From: Deltaproteobacteria bacterium
GTDB lineage: Bacteria > Myxococcota_A > UBA9160 > SMWR01
DNA length: 17,370 bases
Direction: 5' to 3'
Assembly (NCBI GenBank): GCA_032128375.1
Contig: JAQBGU010000153.1
Location: 1 to 17,370 of the forward strand
Of this stretch, positions 8,604-17,370 are shown piece after piece. The notes under the pieces were generated by a model that was given only the letters and a program-made list of their open reading frames with translations, made no database searches and had not been told where the DNA came from. Position numbers and translations under genes: made by a program. The stretch's first letter is position 1; each line of letters opens with the position of its first letter.

Positions 8604-9704
8604 GTGAAATTCGCACTGTTCTCTGAAATCCCCGTAGCAAAGCCCTGGCAACAAGACAGCGAATTTCACGCCTACCACAACAACGTCGAACAAGCGGTAC
8701 TCGCAGAGCAAGCCGGCTTCGATAGCTTTTGGACCGTCGAGCATCACTTTCTCGAAGAGTTTTCCCACTGCTCCAATCCCGAAATTCTGTACGGAAACAT
8801 CGCCGCGCGCACATCGAAGCTACGACTCGGCTACGGCGTCCGACTGCTCCCCAAGCCCTACAACCATCCCATCCGAACGGCCGAGTCCGTCGCAGTGCTC
8901 GACCTGCTATCCGATGGTCGGGTCGAGTTCGGCACCGGACGTTCAGCCACCCGAACCGAACTCGAAGGCTTCGGGATCGACCCGGCCGACACCCGCGGTA
9001 TGTGGAGAGAGGCCCTCGACATGATCGTCGGTGCCTGGACCCAGGATGAATTCGAATTTGAAGGTGAGCACTGGTCCATGCCCAAGCGTCGCGTACTCCC
9101 CAAGCCACGGCAGAAGCCGCACCCGCCCATCTGGGGCGCCACCACCAGCCTCGAAGGCCACCGCATGATGGGTCGTCTGGGCATGGGTCTGTGCTCGTTC
9201 AGCGTCGGAGTGCCACCCGAAGACCTGAAGCCCAAGGTGGACGAGTACCGACTGGGCCTCTCCGAGTGCGAGAAGCCCGTCGGAGCCTTCGTCAACGACC
9301 GGGCCGCCACCTTTACCATGGTGCACTGCGCAGACGACAACGAACGCGCCTTCGCCGAAGCGGCCGAATCGATGGAGTGGTATCCGAAGGCGGGTGCTCG
9401 CGCGATCGCGTCCGTTTCGGATTGGATGCAGGGCAAAGACCTGGGCACCTACAGCTACGCCGCAGACATCGCGAACATGCGCGATGCCGGTGGGCTCGAC
9501 GCGCTCAGCTTCGACTACATCCGGGATTCCGGCGCGGCCATGGTGGGCGATCCCGAGCGCTGCATCGAAATCGGCGAGCGCTACAAGAACTCTGGCTGCG
9601 ACGTACTGTTCTGTTTGGTGAATCCGTACAAGATTGGACACAAGGAAGTGATGCGTTCGATCGAATTGCTCGGCGAACACGTGATCCCGGCGCTCGACAA
9701 CTAA
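8604..9704 (+). CDS. LLM-class (luciferase-like) flavin-dependent oxidoreductase
   Basis: GAGGT RBS plus GTG 8604. Motifs MKFALF, AEQAGFDSFWTVEHHF, SNPE, HPIRTAESVAVLDLLSDGRVEFGTGRS, PKPRQKPHPPIW, SIELLGEHVIP. Confidence 0.93.
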   Translation: MKFALFSEIPVAKPWQQDSEFHAYHNNVEQAVLAEQAGFDSFWTVEHHFLEEFSHCSNPEILYGNIAARTSKLRLGYGVRLLPKPYNHPIRTAESVAVLDLLSDGRVEFGTGRSATRTELEGFGIDPADTRGMWREALDMIVGAWTQDEFEFEGEHWSMPKRRVLPKPRQKPHPPIWGATTSLEGHRMMGRLGMGLCSFSVGVPPEDLKPKVDEYRLGLSECEKPVGAFVNDRAATFTMVHCADDNERAFAEAAESMEWYPKAGARAIASVSDWMQGKDLGTYSYAADIANMRDAGGLDALSFDYIRDSGAAMVGDPERCIEIGERYKNSGCDVLFCLVNPYKIGHKEVMRSIELLGEHVIPALDN

Positions 9705-9799
9705 CCACTACTTCATGAACGACCGCTTCCTCGTCGCGCTCTCGATCTCGCTTGCAGTCCGTGATCGCGACTGAAAACAGCGTGAATGGCACCACTGGT

Positions 9800-9872
9800 G
9801 TCGGAGTAGGAACCATGGTTTCCCATAGCCCCCTGCACAGATCCCAGCGAGCGGAACTACCGCACTGGGCTC
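9800..9872 (-). ncRNA. Group II intron domains V and VI
   Basis: The minus strand reads GAGCCCAGTGCGGTAGTTCCGCTCGCTGGGATCT (DV, AGC triad), then GTGCAGGGGGCTATGG-GAAA-CCATGGTTCCT-A-CTCCGAC (DVI with GAAA loop, candidate branch A, AC end). Confidence 0.92.
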
Positions 9873-10200
9873 CTGTCTCGGGTGGTGACGAGCAGACGTT
9901 GCGAAGGATAGGGATGGCAGACTCTCGCGGATGGAAGCCAGCGGTCGATGTAGTGCTGCATGCGCTTCCACGGCATTCGGTGCTTCTGACTGCGACGCCG
10001 CAATGTGCGACACCACAGTCGTCCGAACCTCATGGCGGAACGCGACCCGCTGTGGGCCGTTGCAGGGCACGCCGTTCTCGTCCGCAAAGCGGCCGAATTC
10101 GATCAGACAAGTCTTGTCGGGATGCGGTTCCAGACCCAACTGGGCAAACCGCGTTTGCAGCTCAGCCAGGAATCGCTCGGCCTCGTGCCGATGCTCGAGC
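9800..10200 (-). mobile_element. Group II intron remnant (3' part: RT6 fragment, domain X fragment, DV, DVI)
   Basis: RT fragment EHRHEAERFLAELQTRFAQLGLEPHPDKTCLIEFGRFA. Domain X fragment GVPCN...FRHEV / GRLWCRTLRRRSQK...WLPSARVCHPYP. These are followed by DV and DVI and a terminal AC at 9801-9800. Confidence 0.93.
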
Positions 10201-10490
10201 GTCACCGGCGTTGTCCATGAGTCGCGATTTGGATCCCGCAGCTCGATCTGGCAATGCATACAGACCCTCCGAACCCCTCCAGGCGCTCTGGGCATTCCGA
10301 TCCAAAACGTCCACATCGACGCGGATTGTTTGCTATCAAGAATCGCCGTACGACGACGCCGACGGCGACACTGCAAAGCGACATCCGCTGCGATTCGCAG
10401 CGGCGCAATGTGGCATTTGTCCCACAGCCCTGGATTCGTCGGGGCCAGCGAACCGTGCGAAATTGAAGCTGTTCACAGGAGACCAACCTC

Positions 10491-11594
10491 GTGGAGAAGA
10501 TTCGAATCGCGATCGCCGGAGTGGGGAACTGTGCCAGCTCTCTGCTTCAGGGACTCGAGTTCTATCGGGACAAACAGCCCGAGGACGCTATCGGGATCAT
10601 GCACTGGGAGATCGGGGGCTATCGACCTTCGGACATCGAGGTGGTGGCAGCCTTCGACATCGACATCCGCAAGGTGGGCAAGGACGTAAACGAGGCGATC
10701 TTCGAGCTGCCCAACTGCACGACGGTGTTCTGCGGCAGCCTCCCAAAAGCGAAGGTACAGGTCCAGATGGGGCGGCTCCTGGACGGTGTTGCCGAACACA
10801 TGGACGAGCACCCGGACGACCGCACCTTCGTGCGCTCCGATGCACCGGACGCTACCCCCGCAGAGGTCATCCAAGCGCTGAAGCAGTCACGAACCGAAGT
10901 GCTCATCAACTATCTCCCGGTCGGGTCCGAAGAGGCGGCTCGCTTCTATGCCGAGTGCGCGCTCGCCGCAGACGTTGCCTTGATCAACTGCATCCCTGTC
11001 TTCATCGCCAGCGACCCCGACTTCGCGAAACGTTTCGAAGCCAAAGGCCTTCCGATCCTCGGTGACGATATCAAGGCGCAACTCGGAGCCACCATTACTC
11101 ACCGCACGCTCACCGATCTCTTTCGCAAACGCGGCGTCAAGCTCGAGCGCACCTATCAGCTCAACACGGGAGGCAACACGGACTTCCTCAATATGCTGAA
11201 CCGCGATCGCCTGGCTTCGAAGAAAGTATCAAAGACCGAAGCCGTGCAGTCCGTGGCCGCTCATCGCATCGCAGACGAGAACATCCATGTGGGTCCGAGC
11301 GACTACGTGGCATGGCAGAACGACAACAAAGTCTGCTTCTTGCGTATGGAAGGGAAGCTGTTCGGTGATGTCCCGATGAATCTCGAGCTGCGGCTCTCGG
11401 TGGAGGACTCACCCAACTCGGCGGGCGTTTCGATCGATGCGATCCGCTGTGCCAAGCTTGCCCTCGACCGGGGCGTTGGAGGAGCACTCATCTCGCCTTC
11501 CTCCTATTTCATGAAGCATCCCCCCGAACAGTTCACAGATGACGAGGCATACACACGAACTGAGGATTTCATTGCCGGGCGCAGAAACACGTGA
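10491..11594 (+). CDS. ino1: myo-inositol-1-phosphate synthase (inositol-3-phosphate synthase)
   Basis: CAGGAG RBS plus GTG 10491. Motifs [91 protein letters not shown]. Confidence 0.97.
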   Translation: MEKIRIAIAGVGNCASSLLQGLEFYRDKQPEDAIGIMHWEIGGYRPSDIEVVAAFDIDIRKVGKDVNEAIFELPNCTTVFCGSLPKAKVQVQMGRLLDGVAEHMDEHPDDRTFVRSDAPDATPAEVIQALKQSRTEVLINYLPVGSEEAARFYAECALAADVALINCIPVFIASDPDFAKRFEAKGLPILGDDIKAQLGATITHRTLTDLFRKRGVKLERTYQLNTGGNTDFLNMLNRDRLASKKVSKTEAVQSVAAHRIADENIHVGPSDYVAWQNDNKVCFLRMEGKLFGDVPMNLELRLSVEDSPNSAGVSIDAIRCAKLALDRGVGGALISPSSYFMKHPPEQFTDDEAYTRTEDFIAGRRNT

Positions 11595-11807
11595 TCGGCT
11601 CCCGGGTCCGCAATACACTGGTGCGCATGCGCCCCTTCATCGCAGCGTGGCATCGCCGCGTTCGCGACCCGGCCGCTCGCGACAGCCCGAGCGGGAACTC
11701 TCCGCGATTGGCGCCGTTCGGCTCTGAACAGGCCCGATCACCCCCCGGTTTGAGACCTTCCGCGAGAGCGCGCCTGGGCACCCGGATCCCCGCATGGGCT
11801 ACGGTGT

Positions 11808-11845
11808 GAGCCCCGTCGGGCCTTCTGGGTTCGGCGGTTCTTTTT
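11808..11845 (+). terminator. Possible intrinsic terminator/attenuator
   Basis: CCGTCGGGCC (11813-11822), loop TTCTG, GGTTCGGCGG (11828-11837): a 10-bp stem with three G-U pairs, followed by TTCTTTTT. Confidence 0.45.
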
Positions 11846-11971
11846 CGCAGAAGGGGGCGACAAGATGGAATTCCAAGGTCCGGTCCAGTTTGTCAGGCGC
11901 ATCGCGCTCGCGGCGCTATCGCCTCGTGTCGGAGCGGGTGAGCGCTGGCCATGCTCGGAGCCTCCTCGCGA

Positions 11972-13282
11972 ATGAAGACACCCGAAAGTCTCGCGCTTCT
12001 GGTCGACTGCGGTGTCATCCAGGAAGTTCGCCGGCCGTTGATGAGCGGCAAGGAGGCGCAGGTCTACGTGGTCTTGGCCGGTGGCAAAGAGTGCGTCGCA
12101 AAGGTCTATAAGGAGGCCAATCAGCGAACCTTCAAGCATCGCGCGGAGTACACCGAGGGACGTCGATCGCGCAATACGCGTGACCAGCGCGCCGTGAGCA
12201 AGCGGACGCAACACGGTCGCAAGCGGGATGAAGCCGCCTGGCGCAGTACAGAGGTGGATATGATCTTCCGCCTACGCGACGCGGGCGTGAGCGTGCCCGA
12301 GCCCATCATCTTTGTCGACGGTGTCCTGGTGATGGAACTCGTCAAGGACACGCACAAGAACCCCGCGCCTCGCCTCGGCGATCTCGAGTTCGAGGCGAGC
12401 GAGATCGAGGCGATCTACCAGCAGCTGATTCGCGAAGTCGTCCGCATGCTATGTGCCGGTGTGGTCCACGGCGACCTCTCGGAGTTCAATGTCTTGATGA
12501 GCGCAAAGGGTCCGGTCGTGATCGACTTTCCGCAAGCGGTAGACCCGGCGCACAACCGAAATGCCCGCAATCTTCTGCTGCGCGATGTGGAGAACCTGCA
12601 TCGCTTCGCCGAGCGCTACGCCCCGAAGCGCTCGACCCTGCGCTATGCGGAAGAGATGTGGAGTCTCTACGAATCCAACCGCCTCGCTCCCGATACCGAG
12701 ATGCGCGGAGACTACCGAGTTCCGGAATCGACGGTGGACACGGCTGAAGTCTTGTTGCTGATCGACGAAGCAAACCAAGAAGAGCAAAGCCGCCGCGCAG
12801 CACGCGGAGAAGAGCGTGAGAGAGAGTCCGCAGCGGCGCCCGCTCAGAAGAGCCGAGGCCGACGCCAGCGGCGGCGCAAGAGTTCCGCAGCTCCCAACAC
12901 CCGTTTCGAGCTTTCATCGGGGAGCTCCGCCGTTACGACAACGAGCACTAGGCGGGAAGCACATTCCGCGCAGAGCGCTGCACCGAAGATGCACAGGACT
13001 ACAAGTAAGAAGACAGTCGCGCCTAGCGAGCCCGATGCTGCGAAACGACGACCGCGCCGCCGCCAGACCGCGGGCCGTACCCGGATCGACAATTCCAAAC
13101 CGGGCGCAGCCCGGGGCACCACCCGCCAGGCGCAGCCCAAAACGGGCTCCGCGATACACGACACTGAGAAACCGCGCACAGCAACAGACGCAGCAGAAGC
13201 TCCCCGGCGCCGTAGGCGAAGACGCCCGCGCGCGAAGGGGGCACACCCCGGGCTCCGCCCCCGCACCCCCAACTACGAGTGA
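11972..13282 (+). CDS. RIO1-like atypical Ser/Thr kinase (PA4780 family) with long basic disordered C-terminal tail
   Basis: MKTPESL start. P-loop LMSGKEAQVY, AKVYK, catalytic VHGDLSEFNVL, metal-binding VIDFPQAV, LLRDVENL. About 170 aa of low-complexity R/K/A/S/T tail. Confidence 0.93.
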   Translation: MKTPESLALLVDCGVIQEVRRPLMSGKEAQVYVVLAGGKECVAKVYKEANQRTFKHRAEYTEGRRSRNTRDQRAVSKRTQHGRKRDEAAWRSTEVDMIFRLRDAGVSVPEPIIFVDGVLVMELVKDTHKNPAPRLGDLEFEASEIEAIYQQLIREVVRMLCAGVVHGDLSEFNVLMSAKGPVVIDFPQAVDPAHNRNARNLLLRDVENLHRFAERYAPKRSTLRYAEEMWSLYESNRLAPDTEMRGDYRVPESTVDTAEVLLLIDEANQEEQSRRAARGEERERESAAAPAQKSRGRRQRRRKSSAAPNTRFELSSGSSAVTTTSTRREAHSAQSAAPKMHRTTSKKTVAPSEPDAAKRRPRRRQTAGRTRIDNSKPGAARGTTRQAQPKTGSAIHDTEKPRTATDAAEAPRRRRRRRPRAKGAHPGLRPRTPNYE

Positions 13283-13351
13283 GCGAAGAAGAGATCAGGA
13301 AGGGCTTGGTCTTGAAAGCGGTCAACTATCCGCGGCAGCCAGGTAACAACA

Positions 13352-14368
13352 ATGGAGCTGATCCTCTGGACTTCGGTCCTTCTATGCCTCGTCCAGTCGG
13401 GGATCTTCTCGGGCCTGAACCTCGCGCTCTTCGGATTGGGCAGGGTCCAGCTCGAAGTGGAGGCCCAAGCCGGCAACATGGACGCGGCCACGATTCTCGC
13501 ACTGCGACGCGATGCGAACGGGCTTCTCTCGACGATCCTGTGGGGCAACGTCGCGGTGAACTGCCTGTTGACCGTGCTCCTGGACTCAGTGCTCGCCGGT
13601 GCCATCGCGTTCGTGGTGTCCACCGTCGGGATTACGCTCTTCGGCGAGATCGGCCCGCAGGCCTACTTCTCCCGAAACGCTCTCCGAGTCGGCGCGACGC
13701 TCGCTCCGCTCATCCGCGTATACCGGATCCTTCTTTTCCCCGTGGCGAAGCCCACGGCCCTCCTCCTCGATCGGTGGCTGGGGGAGGAGGCGACCCATTG
13801 GTTCCAAGAGCATGACCTGCGCCATCTGATTCGCAGCCATATCGATTCCCCGGAGGCGGACCTGGGGCGTGTCGAAGGCGTGGGCGCGCTCAACTTCCTC
13901 GCGATGGACGACCGGCTTGTCGTCGACGAGAGCCTAGCGCTAGACCCCCGCAGCGTGATCGTGCTCCCAGCAGGGCCGTCAGGACTCACCTTCCCGCCAG
14001 TGCACTCGGACGCGGAGGATCCGTTTCTGCGACAGGTTCACGCTTCGGGCCAAAAGTGGGTCATCCTCGTCGGACCCGACGGCGAGCCCCATTGGGCGCT
14101 CGAGGCACACCGATTCCTGCGCAGTGCACTTCTCGATGGCGATTCTCCGAATCCACTGCGCTTCTGTCACCGGCCCATCGTGATCCGCGACGCGATGGCC
14201 AAGGTGGAGGCTGCCCTCGAGGCACTGCATCGAAACGTGGAGTCTTCGCCAAAGGACGTCATCGATTCCGATGTCGTCCTCTTGTGGGGCCAGGAACGCC
14301 GCATCCTAACGGGAGCGGATCTCTTCGGTCGGCTGCTCCGCGGCATCACCCGCCGTGAGGCGATCTAG
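13352..14368 (+). CDS. DUF21/CNNM transmembrane domain protein (CorB/CNNM-like)
   Basis: QSGIFSGLNLALFGL, LLSTILWGNVAVN, ITLFGEIGPQAYFSR, LLFPVAKPTALLLD. The cytoplasmic C-terminal part is a divergent CBS-like region ending ILTGADLFGRLLRGI. Confidence 0.9.
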   Translation: MELILWTSVLLCLVQSGIFSGLNLALFGLGRVQLEVEAQAGNMDAATILALRRDANGLLSTILWGNVAVNCLLTVLLDSVLAGAIAFVVSTVGITLFGEIGPQAYFSRNALRVGATLAPLIRVYRILLFPVAKPTALLLDRWLGEEATHWFQEHDLRHLIRSHIDSPEADLGRVEGVGALNFLAMDDRLVVDESLALDPRSVIVLPAGPSGLTFPPVHSDAEDPFLRQVHASGQKWVILVGPDGEPHWALEAHRFLRSALLDGDSPNPLRFCHRPIVIRDAMAKVEAALEALHRNVESSPKDVIDSDVVLLWGQERRILTGADLFGRLLRGITRREAI

Positions 14369-14706
14369 GAAGGGTGCCGCTTCATCTCGGCCCGTCAGTC
14401 GGTCCCCTTCGCCTCGGGGCGCGTAGCCGCGTCCTGTACTCCTCCGGATCCATCGCTACTTCAATAGGCACGAAGCTCTTGGAGCTAGCATTGGCGCGCA
14501 CCAGCGTCCCGGCCGCGCTCACATACTGGGTCTGCCCCAATTCGGTAGAGGGGCACACCCCCAACCTGAGCCCGGCGCGATTTCGGCTTTGTTTCCAGCA
14601 TGCTGGGAGGTCAGCCGGGCAATTGCCGGCAGATTGCGCCCTGCTGGATCAGAGCGACAGGGTGGGCGTTAGGGTTCTTGGTCGATCGGTGGTACGTTGC
14701 GCGCCG

Positions 14707-14905
14707 CGCAGTATGCAGCTTCGACAGCTCTACCCTGCGTTTCTTCTGGCTGCTAGCTCTCCCAGCCACACTCCGGAACCAGCGGAGGCGGGTCAGGCGG
14801 ATCGGCACACAGACACATTGGCACAGGCAGGCGTCCGGCTAGCGAGCCGAACAGATCCAACGCTTTGAGATCCAAAGAAGCGGACAGGACGCCCTGCGTG
14901 CAAGG
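14707..14905 (+). promoter_or_regulatory. Candidate structured 5' leader of the helicase gene
   Basis: Consecutive hairpins plus a multibranch stem ending next to the AAGGA RBS (see findings). Confidence 0.4.
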
Positions 14906-14916
14906 AAATACCGACC

Positions 14917-16905
<1,989 letters not shown>

Positions 16906-16982
16906 TTTGGGGTCGGAACAGATATCGGTGCGTTGGCGATCGCTGGTCAAGCCACCAACTGGATCTAGAACTGGTGAGCGGA

Positions 16983-17128
16983 TTAGCTGAGATTCGAGGG
17001 CTCTCGCTTGCCTTCGCGCTCTAGCCGTTGTGCGAGTTCGTTCAGATCGTTCAGCATCTCCCAAAACGCGTCACCTTTGCGAAGTCGGACGCGAGAGTGG
17101 TAATCGCCGTTTTTCAATGCCTCGATGT
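16983..17128 (-). pseudogene. C-terminal fragment of a HAMP-like domain protein
   Basis: IEALKNGDYHSRVRLRKGDAFWEMLNDLNELAQRLE fits the HAMP pattern (helix, GD, linker, helix with N). Stop TAA at 16985-16983. Upstream of ~17128 the frame looks like an antisense shadow. Confidence 0.6.
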
Positions 17129-17370
17129 CGCCAAGCTCGACCCGACGGGAGCCAACCTGCAGGTCGACTGGGCCGCCGGATGCACCGGCGACCTCGACCA
17201 CCAGATCGTCTACGGCTTCGGATCGCAATTCCCGGCCGCACCGGGGGGGACCTACGCCCCCGCCGGCAGCGTCTGTGCCATCGGCGCGGCGCCCCCCTAC
17301 GCCTGGATCGGCAGCCCGAATGCCGGGGGCGACCCGAGCGGCCTGCTGTGGCTGCTGGTCCTGGCGACCG
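17121..17370 (+). CDS. Startless internal fragment of a probable secreted/surface protein, open to the window end
   Basis: Open frame LDVAKLDPTGANLQVDWAAGCTGDLDHQIVYGFGSQFPAAPGGTYAPAGSVCAIGAAPPYAWIGSPNAGGDPSGLLWLLVLAT with strong GC3 bias. It is not in the ORF track, and I see no credible start or RBS. Confidence 0.6.

Noticed and set aside
9715..9774. Short ORF MNDRFLVALSISLAVRDRD after the LLM gene
   Set aside because: It could be a signal-peptide stub, but there is no RBS and it is too short to support.
9708..10376. 222-aa ORF as a functional reverse transcriptase (retron/DGR/defence RT)
   Set aside because: Only ~55 aa are RT/X-derived and there is no YADD. Adjacent DV/DVI identify it as a group II intron relic.
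9752..11065. 437-aa + strand ORF spanning the intron and ino1
   Set aside because: It is antisense to the intron remnant and off-frame to ino1, with no recognisable motifs.
13279..13815. 178-aa ORF coupled (GTGA) to the RIO stop
   Set aside because: Mostly an off-frame shadow of the CNNM gene; the first ~20 codons are not identifiable.
17243..17249. G7 run as a phase-variable or frameshift site
   Set aside because: The + frame reads through in frame (CCG GGG GGG ACC), and the run is short for GC-rich DNA.

Overview
GC-rich bacterial chromosomal window, roughly 60-65% GC by eye. The gene mix suggests Myxococcota/deltaproteobacteria-like origin, which is inference only. Intact genes: glutamate decarboxylase (5' end outside the window), a YSC84/SYLF-type secreted protein, two small lipoproteins, a coupled PpiC-like rotamase + HupE/UreJ pair, a secreted hypothetical, an LLM-class monooxygenase, myo-inositol-1-phosphate synthase, a RIO1-like kinase, a DUF21/CNNM protein and a DeaD-like RNA helicase. 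Between these lie many collapsed remnants: a thiolase-like gene missing its middle, a group II intron reduced to RT/X fragments plus domains V-VI, a truncated AsmA-like gene with exact 73-aa repeats, gene stubs at 7.4-7.6 kb, and an abrupt strand/GC junction at about 17,128. These may be real deletional decay or chimeric assembly. I found no CRISPR array, tRNA, rRNA or intact mobile element. The best candidate for an undescribed system is the co-oriented RIO kinase - CNNM - DEAD-box helicase cluster with a structured helicase leader; this is a hypothesis. Family assignments are from motif recognition and memory, not database searches.
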